A DNA stretch of 32,000 bases from Candidatus Baldrarchaeota archaeon (GTDB lineage: Archaea; Asgardarchaeota; Baldrarchaeia; Baldrarchaeales; DXJG01): the NCBI GenBank assembly GCA_019056805.1, contig DXJG01000002.1, positions 343,103 to 375,102 of the forward strand, given 5' to 3'. Shown here one piece after another: positions 1-10,280 of this stretch. A program made the position numbers and the translations under genes. How positions within the stretch are numbered: the first letter of the stretch is position 1; each line of letters begins with the position of its first letter. A model generated the notes under the pieces. It made no database searches. It saw only the letters and a list, made by a program, of their open reading frames with translations, and was not told the DNA's origin.

Positions 1-211
1 AAAAGACGGTGTAACAGTTAGATATGGAGAATCGGAGAAAAAGATTCTGGCTGAGACGATTGTTTTGGCAGTTGGTATGGTGCCGAATGGAAGACTGTAC
101 GAAAAACTTAAAGACAAATTTGAAGACGTATATGCAGTGGGAGACTGTGTAAAACCTCAAAGAGTTAGACAAGCAATTGCAACAGCCTTTAAAACGGGCA
201 TAAGAGTATAA
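1..211 (+). CDS. 3' end of an FAD-dependent oxidoreductase, probably NADH:flavin oxidoreductase (OYE/2,4-dienoyl-CoA reductase-like); partial
   Basis: Hand translation from base 2: KDGVTVRYGESEKKILAETIVLAVGMVPNGRLYEKLKDKFEDVYAVGDCVKPQRVRQAIATAFKTGIRV, stop TAA 209-211. The TIVLAVG and VYAVGDC..P motifs are typical of the C-terminal FAD-binding part of this family. Not in the ORF track. Confidence 0.7.
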   Translation, partial: KDGVTVRYGESEKKILAETIVLAVGMVPNGRLYEKLKDKFEDVYAVGDCVKPQRVRQAIATAFKTGIRV

Positions 212-347
212 TTGAAGACTAAGATAATAATATTAAGTACATGCTTTGTTTAGGAATAAGGAGTCATCATCTACTAAAATTTTCATTTATCATGTTGGAG
301 AGTTGTATAAAGTGAGAACCTCAAATTCAAGTGTACGGTGATGCAAT

Positions 348-1490
348 TTGAGAGTATGCATGATTTCTACTTTCTATCCCATAGTGGGAGGAGTAACGAG
401 ATACACTCATGAATTAGCAAAAAGATTAATGGAAAAAGGATATGAAGTATGGGTTGTTACAGGACATGGAGAAATCAATGGAACTAGAAATTATGAACAG
501 GTTCCTGTCTTTGATGTTCAATGTATGAAAAGTATTTACGAGTCCGTCTTTATTAATCCTTTAGATTCTCACTGGATATTGCTAAAGTTTTTGAAAGAAA
601 AAAAGTTTGACTTAATCCATATTCAGCATTTCGGTTTCACTATGCTTTTATTTCTCCTAAAACATGTAAACATCCCAGTTGTATCTTCAACACACCTTGA
701 ACCTGAACGTTATTTACATGTTAATAGAATCGTTAACACATTATGGAAAAATGTCGCCATTAACATGTGGGCCAAATACATACTTGAAAAATCAAAGTAT
801 ATAATTGCGGTAGGTGAATTTTACCGGAAAACTCTAATGGAAATAGGACTTTATGATCCCGAGAAAGTAATTTATGTTCCCAACGGCGTAGACTCAAAAA
901 AGTTTTCTCCAGGAGATTCAGAATTTAGGTCAAAGCTCGGAACAAGATACATTTTATTTGTTGGGCGTCTTGATGTAGTCAAAGGACTAAAATATCTAAT
1001 TACTGCCTTTAAACTTGTTGAATCGAAATTTCCTAAAGTAAAATTAGTGATCGTAGGAGATGGTCCAGAAAAAGAACGATTAAAAAGAATGGCATCTACA
1101 AATGTTATTTTTACAGGTAAAGTTTTAGGAGATAGACTCGTAGATATCCTCAGAGGAGCTGAAATGTTTGTTCTCCCTTCCATAGCTGAGGGATCTCCTC
1201 TTGCTGTATTAGAAGCTATGTCTTGTGGAATTCCTGTAATCTCAACTACAGTTGGAGAAATTCCATACATTCTTTCCGATGGTAAGGGGCTTCTCGTAAA
1301 ACCATGTTCGGTAAACGAATTGGCAAATGCTATATTCTTTCTTCTAGAAAATGAAGATATAAGAAAGAAAATGAGCATTAAATCACGAGAGTATATTAGA
1401 AACCGTAGAGACTGGAAAAACATCATAGGAAGAATCGAAAAAGTATATCATAAAGTTCTTGAATGTCATGAAGACAATTTTCTTCGCTAA
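348..1490 (+). CDS. Glycosyltransferase family 4 (GT-B, RfaB-like)
   Basis: N-terminal FYPIVGGV, DLIHIQH, VPNGVD, LFVGRL..VKG, and FVLPSIAEGSPLAVLEAMSCG (EX7E motif). TTG start with GGTGA at 337-341. Confidence 0.92.
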   Translation: MRVCMISTFYPIVGGVTRYTHELAKRLMEKGYEVWVVTGHGEINGTRNYEQVPVFDVQCMKSIYESVFINPLDSHWILLKFLKEKKFDLIHIQHFGFTMLLFLLKHVNIPVVSSTHLEPERYLHVNRIVNTLWKNVAINMWAKYILEKSKYIIAVGEFYRKTLMEIGLYDPEKVIYVPNGVDSKKFSPGDSEFRSKLGTRYILFVGRLDVVKGLKYLITAFKLVESKFPKVKLVIVGDGPEKERLKRMASTNVIFTGKVLGDRLVDILRGAEMFVLPSIAEGSPLAVLEAMSCGIPVISTTVGEIPYILSDGKGLLVKPCSVNELANAIFFLLENEDIRKKMSIKSREYIRNRRDWKNIIGRIEKVYHKVLECHEDNFLR

Positions 1491-1620
1491 ACTCCGAAAA
1501 GTGCAAACCTTGCTTTTCCATAAATCATATAAAACCATTCTTCTGATTTAAATTTGGGAAATTCTAATTTGTTGTTGAAATTAAATTATTGTTTATATCT
1601 AATGTTATGGAGGATAATAT

Positions 1621-2160
1621 TTGAAAAATTTGAAAAAAGTTAATATCTTTGTAACAGGTCCCCCGAGAAGCGGTAAAAGTACACTTATTGAAAAAATTGT
1701 TACAAATCTTAGGGAGCAAGGCTTTACTATTGGGGGCATTTCCACTCCCGAAGTAAGAGAAAAAGGAAGAAGAATCGGTTTTAAAATAATTGATTTAGCT
1801 AGCGGTAAATGGGGCTGGATGGCACACATAAATATTTTCAGCCGATACAAAGTCTCTAAGTATGGTGTAGATATAAAAACCGTGGAAGACATTGGGGCAA
1901 ATGCTATACTCTCAGCTATTGAAAACGCTGACGTAATAGTAATAGATGAGATCGGTAAGATGGAACTTTTCTCAAGAAAATTTCAAGAAGCTGTTAAGGC
2001 AGCCCTCGATAGTGTTAAACCAGTTATAGGAACAATCGGGTTAAAGTTATACCATCCTTTTGCAAACGAAGTTAAAAAAAGAAAAGATGTAACAATAATA
2101 TTCCTTACAAGAGAAAAATGGGAAGAAGTTTATAAGCAAGTTAAAATGATGCTACTCTAA
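1621..2160 (+). CDS. Nucleoside triphosphatase, THEP1/NTPase_1 family
   Basis: Walker A GPPRSGKS, GGISTPEVREKGRRIGF, KVSKYGV, Walker B VIVIDEIGKMEL. TTG start with GGAGG at 1609-1613. Confidence 0.92.
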   Translation: MKNLKKVNIFVTGPPRSGKSTLIEKIVTNLREQGFTIGGISTPEVREKGRRIGFKIIDLASGKWGWMAHINIFSRYKVSKYGVDIKTVEDIGANAILSAIENADVIVIDEIGKMELFSRKFQEAVKAALDSVKPVIGTIGLKLYHPFANEVKKRKDVTIIFLTREKWEEVYKQVKMMLL

Positions 2161-5100
2161 TTCCTCATCTTCTCTAGTTTCAGTCGAGTCCTTAGTCTCC
2201 CCGGTTTTTACAATTTGTGCTCCACACATCGGGCAATATCTTGCCCCCGGTGGTAATCTAACACCACAGTAAGGACAATAGTTTATAACAACTGGATATC
2301 TTGGATAATATTCTGGTAACGGGGCAAATTCCTTCTTTTTCTTTCTTCTATAAACCAGATAAGCAACTATTAAGACTACAAGAAGAAGAGTAGATGTTGA
2401 AATAAAGATTGGAAGAATTGGTATTGTTATGATTCCTGCACTGACATACAAGAGTGTATATTGATACCCGATTTGTCCATCCTTGTCTCGAAGAATTAGA
2501 AAGAGTACTAAAACACCACTAAGCGAAACATAACCTAATGGAGTCTTTATAGTACCATTTTCTGGAATCTTTACTACACCTTGCCAACCATTTTCTGTCA
2601 GATTTCCTTTGAATGCCAAAAGCGGAAGACCGGAAATAACATATATATCGTAGTCAACTAACAGAGCAAATGCCTCTAATTCTTCGTTCAAATCCTCCAG
2701 ATCACTTCCATAAATCTTATATGATAAAGTATCACCTAAACTGACAGTTAATGCTTTTGTTGTTTCATTTATCTCTTCTAACGTCTGTCCTTCAACTATA
2801 CTGTCCATAGAAACCTCCGGCTCTATGTCAACTACAAGAAATATTCCCGTAGCATTTGTCATATCTAATATGGTGTTGTTTTGCGAATCTTTTACAACCA
2901 CATAATACACATACAGGTCTGAAAAAGTATCTAAACTTGGTTTAAATATTGCGACCCATACATTTCCACTCTTAATCATAGGTATGCTTTTGAAAGTTAA
3001 AGGTTGACGAGACATACCAGAAAACTGGAGATAAGGAGAAAGATATAGCGTAACATCAAGGTTGCTATCATTGCTAGGAATGTAAGCTGTAATCTTTATG
3101 TAATCATCTAAGCGACATATCATATCAATACCAGCAACATACTTTACCCAAGAGGGATATTCTATATCGGATGGATGTTCTATAACAACAGTATTTGAAA
3201 CTCTGGTAATTGTAGGGAAACTTGACGCTACTCTTACAAAACTTCTCTCAACAATTTTCGAACCAGCAATAACATCTATTGTATATACTCCCTCTTCTTC
3301 AAGAACGAAAGATGCCTTAAAAATAGTTTTACTAACATTACTTAAAGTTACATTAAATACAGTGCCATTAGGAATCGTTATCTTAACAGTCACATTCTCC
3401 CTTTCTAATATAGATGCATTTAGAACATATAGAGCTAAATTTAGCGTTGAATTCGTAGTATAGGCGTAATCATCAAGAAGTAACATGACATCCTTTTTCT
3501 TTTCTAAAAGCCAGTTGAAAACATTTTCTTCCAACTGAATATGAGAGGGGTTTTCTTGGAGAAGATCATCATAAAACATTCTTTCACTTCCAAAAACGAC
3601 GATTCTCCCACCACCAGTTACATCTTCATCAGCCACAGCTATGACCACATTATTTTCTAGGTAAGCTATATCGGTAACTCCAATTTTTTCTTCGGTTTTT
3701 AAAGCAACGCCCGTAACCCAGCTTATATTTTCTACGTTACTTGTGATGGGATGTTCTGCAAGATTATCTCGCGTTATATTTAAGATTTCTTTTAGAAAGT
3801 TAAGTATCACAAGGTCAGTTTGCTTAGCTATTGTTTTGTTTGTAAACGATATACCATAGGGCGATAATATGTCATTTAATGGTTCTGCAGCAAAAGCCTG
3901 ATAGAAACTTCCTAAAACAAGTAGTGATCCTCCATTTTCTACGAATTCCCAAATTGCATATTTTTCATCCGATGTAAACATTAGTTCTACATCAGGTAAA
4001 ATCAAAATATCGTAGTCTTCAAGCTTCTCTACAGTCAGAATCCCTTCATAAACATCTAAATCAATTGACATGCTGGCTAGATACCTAGCAAAAAGATAAT
4101 AATTGTGCCAAGGACTGTCTGTAAAATCGAAATTATGATACCAGTCGAATAATGCCTTAGCTTTGGGTATATCTACCTCCACTTCTAGCTCTATATTTGC
4201 TAAAACCTCTGAATCAACGCTTGAATGGTTAATGAAGTTGATTTGCCCAATATATCTGCCCGGGATTATAGCCAGAGGTATTTCCAATTCTATTTCTAAC
4301 GTAGCAACGCCAAAAATATTAGTAAAAGCAGTTTTATTCACACTTATGTTCAGATTGGTGATATTTCCAGAAATTTCAATATCTATATCACATTCAGCAC
4401 CACTCAGCAAAATGACGGTAGTAACTAAGTCATCACCAGGAAATCTGATTATTTGAGGTGGTGTCGGGATACTACTAGGCAACACCTTTACAACAGGTAG
4501 AAACGAGTCCCTTAAGTTTTGTTCAAGAAAACGATATGCTTCATAGACATCGACAATTCCCGCACCTTGGACATTGTCATCCAAACCAAGATTTTTTGCG
4601 GTCTCCATTAAAGCAAGTCGAATGGCATGGGGATTGCTCCTTCTAAGAGTTGGGAATGCTTGAAGAAGAAGAGCCGCTGCGCCAGCAACAGCAGGGGTAG
4701 ACATAGAAGTTCCGCTCAGAGAAATATAAGCATTGTCTATAATTGTACCTAATTTTTGCCCTGTTCCTTCTAAATACGAGTCTGGAGCTAACGGCGCGAC
4801 TACATCAACTCCCGGTGCCAGAACATCTGGATCTGGGCTCCAAGCTAATGTCGGTCCCCTACTACTGAATGATGCCACATTTCCTTCCCAGTCGCATGCA
4901 CCCACTGTGATAACACCGTAAGCAGCACCAGGAGAACTTATCGATGAATAATATGGTCCAGCGTTTCCAGCAGCAGCAACCACGACAATCCCTTCTTCAA
5001 CAGCTTTTTCAGCAGCTATGCTTATGATATCGTTTGGATCGCCGAGACTTGCACCGAGAGACATACTAATTATATCAACATCCATGGCAACTGCCCATTC

Positions 5101-5898
5101 AATCGCTTTTAAAATCGCTGCTGTTGTTCCCTGACCAAACATGTTAAGACATTTTATGTTGACAATTTGCGCTCCAGGAGCTACACCACTATACATTCCA
5201 TTTGAGGCTGCACCTGTTCCTGCTGCTATTCCGGCCACGTGTGTTCCATGACCATTAAAATCGGTAGAGTTCTCATCAAAATCAAAACCATATTTTTCTA
5301 GTACGAAAGATTTTTTCCAAAGAATTTTTCCTTTTAAATCTGGATGTGCTTCACTAACTCCTGTGTCGAGTATAGCGATCTTAATACCGCTTCCATTAAA
5401 GTTAGGCCATAACTTGTCAGCACTTATGAATTTTGGAACAGTTTCATTAGGTAAATCGTAACTTTTCATGAGGTTGAAGTGAGTTTCTATATCAGGTATG
5501 GCTTGAAATTTTTCGTTGAGATAAATAGTTTCTATAATTTGAAGAGATGCTAACTTTTTCACTTCACTAATTTGCACATAGTAAAGTGCAGCTGGAATTA
5601 TATTAAACACATCAACTTCTTTTAGGCTTTTTATGTTAATGTTGCTAAAATATTCTTGTCTCATACTTAAATGGGCATAATCTTTGAATAATATTATAAC
5701 TTGTATTTCCTTTTCAATATTAGAACTTTCTTCTAAAATCTTAAGAAGTTTAGGAGAAATTTTAGAATTCTCATTTTCATAGGAAATTGGAACTTTTGAG
5801 GAATAATGGTATGCAAAAAACGGAGTGATAAGCGTGGAAGTCACCAGAAAAAGCAATAACAAGCTAAGCATACATCTTAGGTGTTTCCTTATTTTCAT
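2152..5898 (-). CDS. Membrane-anchored S8 subtilase: signal peptide, propeptide, catalytic domain, beta-rich domain, GldG/IFT52-like domain, C-terminal TM helix and cytoplasmic zinc ribbon
   Basis: Triad IAILDTG (D near 5365), NGHGTHVAG (H near 5248), SGTSMSTP (S near 4705); oxyanion AAGNAG; TM IPILPIFISTSTLLLVVLIVAYLVY followed by RRKKKK; CPYC..CPMC. ORF track starts at GTG 5910, but ATG 5898 has GGTGA 5 nt upstream and is the likelier start. Confidence 0.92.
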   Translation of the reverse strand: MKIRKHLRCMLSLLLLFLVTSTLITPFFAYHYSSKVPISYENENSKISPKLLKILEESSNIEKEIQVIILFKDYAHLSMRQEYFSNINIKSLKEVDVFNIIPAALYYVQISEVKKLASLQIIETIYLNEKFQAIPDIETHFNLMKSYDLPNETVPKFISADKLWPNFNGSGIKIAILDTGVSEAHPDLKGKILWKKSFVLEKYGFDFDENSTDFNGHGTHVAGIAAGTGAASNGMYSGVAPGAQIVNIKCLNMFGQGTTAAILKAIEWAVAMDVDIISMSLGASLGDPNDIISIAAEKAVEEGIVVVAAAGNAGPYYSSISSPGAAYGVITVGACDWEGNVASFSSRGPTLAWSPDPDVLAPGVDVVAPLAPDSYLEGTGQKLGTIIDNAYISLSGTSMSTPAVAGAAALLLQAFPTLRRSNPHAIRLALMETAKNLGLDDNVQGAGIVDVYEAYRFLEQNLRDSFLPVVKVLPSSIPTPPQIIRFPGDDLVTTVILLSGAECDIDIEISGNITNLNISVNKTAFTNIFGVATLEIELEIPLAIIPGRYIGQINFINHSSVDSEVLANIELEVEVDIPKAKALFDWYHNFDFTDSPWHNYYLFARYLASMSIDLDVYEGILTVEKLEDYDILILPDVELMFTSDEKYAIWEFVENGGSLLVLGSFYQAFAAEPLNDILSPYGISFTNKTIAKQTDLVILNFLKEILNITRDNLAEHPITSNVENISWVTGVALKTEEKIGVTDIAYLENNVVIAVADEDVTGGGRIVVFGSERMFYDDLLQENPSHIQLEENVFNWLLEKKKDVMLLLDDYAYTTNSTLNLALYVLNASILERENVTVKITIPNGTVFNVTLSNVSKTIFKASFVLEEEGVYTIDVIAGSKIVERSFVRVASSFPTITRVSNTVVIEHPSDIEYPSWVKYVAGIDMICRLDDYIKITAYIPSNDSNLDVTLYLSPYLQFSGMSRQPLTFKSIPMIKSGNVWVAIFKPSLDTFSDLYVYYVVVKDSQNNTILDMTNATGIFLVVDIEPEVSMDSIVEGQTLEEINETTKALTVSLGDTLSYKIYGSDLEDLNEELEAFALLVDYDIYVISGLPLLAFKGNLTENGWQGVVKIPENGTIKTPLGYVSLSGVLVLFLILRDKDGQIGYQYTLLYVSAGIITIPILPIFISTSTLLLVVLIVAYLVYRRKKKKEFAPLPEYYPRYPVVINYCPYCGVRLPPGARYCPMCGAQIVKTGETKDSTETREDEELE

Positions 5899-6225
5899 TA
5901 ACTTCACCACTTTGTATCCGTAGATATCAAATAGATCTTATTTATAGAAACACTTGAAATCAACGTAATACGCATTAAAATAATTTATGCTTGTCGAAAT
6001 GGTTAGCCACAATAATTTAATAATTTTTTGAAGCAAGAATATTGTCGAGAATAGTTAGGATAATGACGCTTTTCAATTATCCAAAAATCCGTCTTCTTCT
6101 AAACATTTCTTACAAAACAAAGAGCATTAAAGAACCATAACATTTCACAAATTAAATCATATGATACAGATTTCGATTATTTTAGTGTTAGAAGCGAGTT
6201 AAAAATTAAGTGGAAATTAATAAAA

Positions 6226-6918
6226 CTAGCCACTACGTCTTACTAGTTTTCCATTCTTTATTTCGAATATCTTGTCTCCGCTCTTACTAAACTTCTTTAC
6301 TAATTCGTTTTTAGCTGTTATGAAAATTATTGCAGCCCTTTTTTCAGAGTTGTATTTCCTTAAAAGCTCTACTACCTTTTTCTCCCATTCCTCATCTAAA
6401 CCAGCGGTTGGTTCATCTGCAAAAACCATCTTAGGATCGTTTATTAAAGCTCTAGCTATTGCAACTGCACGCCGTTCACCATCGCTTAACTCTGTTGGAA
6501 AATGTTCAGCACGGTATTTCATGCCTAGTTTTTCGAGCAATTGCAAGCTTTTTTCACGAATTTCTTTATCTGAAAATTCTGACGGATACAAAGGAGCTTC
6601 TACATTTTCAACCGCCGTAAGTGATGGAATAAGATTTACATCCTGAAAAATAAGTCCCATTTTTTCTCTTCTAATTTTCGCTAAGTATTCCTCATCCTTG
6701 TCGGTGAGAGTATCGTTTTCAAATATTATAAGACCACTATCAGGCTTGTCTAAACCGCTTAGAACATTGACTAAGGTTGTTTTTCCTTGTCCACGCGGAC
6801 CAACAATAAATACAAAGTCACCTTCATCAATTGAAAAATTAACCTTATCTAAAACCGTTATAATCTCATCGTTCCTTTTGTAAGTTTTAACTATATTTCG
6901 AGCTTCCAATATAGCCAT
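6226..6918 (-). CDS. ABC ATPase, LolD/MacB-like, with non-canonical motifs
   Basis: GPRGQGKTT, IFQ Q-loop, LSDGE signature, VFADEPT Walker B. AGGTGAT SD overlaps the upstream permease stop. Confidence 0.9.
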   Translation of the reverse strand: MAILEARNIVKTYKRNDEIITVLDKVNFSIDEGDFVFIVGPRGQGKTTLVNVLSGLDKPDSGLIIFENDTLTDKDEEYLAKIRREKMGLIFQDVNLIPSLTAVENVEAPLYPSEFSDKEIREKSLQLLEKLGMKYRAEHFPTELSDGERRAVAIARALINDPKMVFADEPTAGLDEEWEKKVVELLRKYNSEKRAAIIFITAKNELVKKFSKSGDKIFEIKNGKLVRRSG

Positions 6919-6928
6919 TCATTATCAC

Positions 6929-8047
6929 CTACCTTTCAACTCTTCTTAAAGCTTCAATGGGCTTTACTTTTAGAACACCTGAAAACGCAATTTTCATCCC
7001 TGGGATTTGTGAAATTAATACAACAACTAGGGACAAAATAATTGTCAGAGGCCCTAACGGTATGAACACAAACCCTATTAATTTTCTGTACGATATTAAG
7101 ATGAGTAAAGCAACGACAAACCCCAGTATGAGAGATCCTAGATTCTCAGCTATTACTAAAGTTCCAAGATCACTACCACTCCAACCAATTGCTCTTAGAA
7201 TTGCTAAAGATCTTTTTCTCCACCTTACATTAAGAAATGCAAAAAGTACACCAACTATAATGCTACCAATTATTGCATAAATCAACATGAGAACTCTAGG
7301 TTGGAATTTTGCTGCATTCTGGCCATAAGTTCGATATTCTGGTGGTTTGAAATCTTCGCTGTATCTTTCTGCAAATTCAGAACCAAATTCCTCGACTTTT
7401 TTCCATGCATCCCAGAAAAATCCTTTAACTAAAACAACTATTGAATACACGTACTTTTCTAAGTTTTTCTGAGATGCTAGCGTATCTACGTCTTCCTCCC
7501 AACCAATAATCCACTCTTCTTCATCATAAGGAAGCACATCTCTATCGTAAAATCCTACTATGTTAAATTCTACTTCTCCGATTTCGATTTTGCTACCTAA
7601 ACCTAGACTTATAGTATCTCCAGTTCTTAGTCTAAGTTGATTTTCATCACTTATGATTGCCTCTCCTCTTCCCGCTATGTATCGCCCCTTTTCAATCGTG
7701 CTTGGGTTAACTTCTCTTAAACACCAAATCTTATCAGGAGATATTGCAAACATTTTTGCCCCAAGAGCATCTAATTTAACATACCATATAACTACGGCTC
7801 TACTTACTCCCTGCTTTTCGTTTAAAGTTCTTACAAGATCCGAAACTTCCTCAACAGTAAGTTCGGTTTTAGGTTTCAGTACTATGCCCTTAACATCTAA
7901 TAGTTCATTAGTTTGAAAAGCATCTACAAAATTTAAAGAATTAAGAGTTAAGGAAAAAACTACGAGATAAATTAAAGTGAAAATTAAAAACCGACGTTTT
8001 GCACGCAATAACAGAACAATTCCTTTCTCCAGAAGTCTTAGCTTCAA
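6929..8047 (-). CDS. ABC permease, FtsX/MacB-like (about 4 TM helices with an extracytoplasmic domain after TM1)
   Basis: N-terminal TM, a ~210-aa soluble segment, then RKRSLAILRAIGWS..L..LVIAE and a C-terminal KVKPIEALR, typical of FtsX-like permeases; adjacent to the ATPase. TTG start with GGTGA. Confidence 0.82.
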   Translation of the reverse strand: MKLRLLEKGIVLLLRAKRRFLIFTLIYLVVFSLTLNSLNFVDAFQTNELLDVKGIVLKPKTELTVEEVSDLVRTLNEKQGVSRAVVIWYVKLDALGAKMFAISPDKIWCLREVNPSTIEKGRYIAGRGEAIISDENQLRLRTGDTISLGLGSKIEIGEVEFNIVGFYDRDVLPYDEEEWIIGWEEDVDTLASQKNLEKYVYSIVVLVKGFFWDAWKKVEEFGSEFAERYSEDFKPPEYRTYGQNAAKFQPRVLMLIYAIIGSIIVGVLFAFLNVRWRKRSLAILRAIGWSGSDLGTLVIAENLGSLILGFVVALLILISYRKLIGFVFIPLGPLTIILSLVVVLISQIPGMKIAFSGVLKVKPIEALRRVER

Positions 8048-8155
8048 TTTAACTCACCAAACCCAGTCAAACAATTCATAATTATAACTACTACAATAAA
8101 TAATCGATCTAATAAAGGTTAGTTAATTAAATATACTTTCTTGTATTTTTCGATA

Positions 8156-9592
8156 TTAAATGCTATACAAGGATCCTCGAGCTAAAACTACAATGTCTTT
8201 AGCATATTTTCGATAATATCTCTTAAATTGCATAGGTTTTTCAGTATGAATCGGAATTATTCTTTTTGGGCATATATCTTTTAAGAATTTTCTTATCTCT
8301 AAAGGACCTGCATGTCCTGATGAGTGTACATGTATCATGGACAACCCGTAAAATTCCAGCCAATTTAAAAGTTTTTCGAAGCTTAATTCTTTTTCTTCAT
8401 TAAAAGGCTCACTTGTACTTAATATATATAAACTACCTTCGGGAGGTCTTAATTGCTTTACTTGGGTAATGGAGTCTACAGAAGTGCAGAAAATGAACTT
8501 TTCCCCTTTCATTCTTATCTCGTCATAGCTTATCACTCTTCCTCTCTGCCGCAAATTTTCTAATATTTTCTTTTCCCAATTGCTGTAACGTTTCTTTTGA
8601 GGGTCAAAAACTAAAATGTCTTCGCTTTTTTCCAAACATGGTGTCTCTAGTCCTTTACAATTATTCATAGCTGACAAAACAAAATAGTGTCTCGTACTTA
8701 ATACAATATTTCTCTTACTTTCTCTCGCTACTCTCAGAAATGTTCTAAAACGATCAAAGTCTGTCATATTAAAATCTGCAATTATTAAATCTTCATATGC
8801 TTCCACGATTCTAGAAACCTTTTCTCTAACCTCATTTTCATTAGAAACTGTCGATTTGTCAACATGAGTTCCTTCGCAAATCAATATTTCGGGTGACCCC
8901 TCATCTAATATTTTATCTTTAAATTCTTGAGTTAAATGACTGGCATGACCATGCATTCTAAAGTCGCCAGTATAAACTATAGTTCCCCCGCTGCTGTGTA
9001 TTAAGAATCCGTAAGCTCCCGGAACGCTATGATCCACATGCACTGGTTCTATTTCAAGGCTGTGAATTTTTATTTTATCACCCGAACGAAATGTTTTAAA
9101 ACTAAGATGGAAGTAGTTTGTTTCTAAATTCAAAGTCGAAGTTTCCATACGTGCTTTAACAATTTTTTCTGCACATTCACCAAGATATATTGGAATTTTT
9201 CTATTAAGTAAACTTATGTGACCATAATGGTCTAAATGAGAATGCGAAATAAAGACGGCATCCACAGGTGGTTCAGGTTCTTCTTCAGAATAATCTTCGT
9301 TCTTCCACTTTTTTCTTTTTTCACGTGAAGCTGTAGTAATATCGCATGCGATGGTGTAAAGATTAGCAATGTCGGGTATAGATCCCACAGAAATAAGTTC
9401 CTCTATTGAAGAAGGTCTTGTAAAAGGAAATTCATAGTATCGCCGCGATATTTCAAAACTTTTACCAAAATCCAAGAAAACTCTTACGTCATAACCTTTA
9501 TCATCGATTAAAATTTTGTTACCACCAATCTCTTCTACACCACCAAAAGCAGTAATAACAACTTTTTCTACGCCCAATAAGTGTTCCTCCAA
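8156..9592 (-). CDS. Metallo-beta-lactamase/beta-CASP nuclease, RNase J-like
   Basis: GGVEEIGGN, LDFG, SHSHLDHYG, VDHSVPG, YTGDFRMHG, CEGT, HSSGHA, PIHTE. Confidence 0.87.
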   Translation of the reverse strand: MEEHLLGVEKVVITAFGGVEEIGGNKILIDDKGYDVRVFLDFGKSFEISRRYYEFPFTRPSSIEELISVGSIPDIANLYTIACDITTASREKRKKWKNEDYSEEEPEPPVDAVFISHSHLDHYGHISLLNRKIPIYLGECAEKIVKARMETSTLNLETNYFHLSFKTFRSGDKIKIHSLEIEPVHVDHSVPGAYGFLIHSSGGTIVYTGDFRMHGHASHLTQEFKDKILDEGSPEILICEGTHVDKSTVSNENEVREKVSRIVEAYEDLIIADFNMTDFDRFRTFLRVARESKRNIVLSTRHYFVLSAMNNCKGLETPCLEKSEDILVFDPQKKRYSNWEKKILENLRQRGRVISYDEIRMKGEKFIFCTSVDSITQVKQLRPPEGSLYILSTSEPFNEEKELSFEKLLNWLEFYGLSMIHVHSSGHAGPLEIRKFLKDICPKRIIPIHTEKPMQFKRYYRKYAKDIVVLARGSLYSI

Positions 9593-9699
9593 GAATATAA
9601 GTCAATATTTTTATTTTCCTAGGATTTTAGTTAAAATGTTTTCTTTCAACCTAAACCTTTTTACGATGATAATTTATACATAACTCAACACTACAAGAG

Positions 9700-10167
9700 T
9701 TGGTTAGTTTGTCTGAAAAATATGTTGAAGTAAAAATATTTGAAGTTGTAAGCTTAGTAACGCCCTTTGGCCCAGTACCCGCACTACTTTTGGAAGATAA
9801 TCAAGAAAGAATTCTTCCTGTTGTTGTTGGCAGAGAAGTCGCAAATTCCATTAAAGCGTTTATCGAGGGCAGAGAAGAGGAACCAACTGATATATGGACG
9901 CTCGCATACAATATTCTTTCCAGGTATGAAGGGGAAGTAAAACAAGCAATGATATACGATCTAAAAGAAAAAAGATTTCTGGCAAAAATGATACTAAATA
10001 TCAAAGGAGAAGACGTAGAATTCAAAGGAAGACCAAGCGATACAATATCCTTTGCAATTAGAGCAAATAAACCCATATTAGTAGCTGAAAGAATAATGAA
10101 TGAAGTTTCTATCCCAAAGAGCCAATTAAAATCCGAGCCAGAACGTGAAGAACAACCTCAATCCTAA
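9700..10167 (+). CDS. Bifunctional nuclease domain protein (DUF151/BFN), copy 1
   Basis: PALLLED...LPVVVG, F.A..IL, RPSDTISFAIRANKPILV (compare the family consensus D.RPSDAIALA). Confidence 0.8.
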   Translation: MVSLSEKYVEVKIFEVVSLVTPFGPVPALLLEDNQERILPVVVGREVANSIKAFIEGREEEPTDIWTLAYNILSRYEGEVKQAMIYDLKEKRFLAKMILNIKGEDVEFKGRPSDTISFAIRANKPILVAERIMNEVSIPKSQLKSEPEREEQPQS

Positions 10168-10280
10168 TCTTTATCTTACCATCATTAGTAGTAATAATTG
10201 AAATAACATTAAATACCTAAAATACCCAGTATATCATGGAACTTTTCATAATATCATATTCCAAAATGTAGGTGAATTTA

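Noticed and set aside
2152-9592. Protease + ABC pair + RNase J-like gene as a single export/processing operon
   Set aside because: Co-oriented, but separated by gaps of over 300 nt and about 108 nt, with no functional link evident from sequence.
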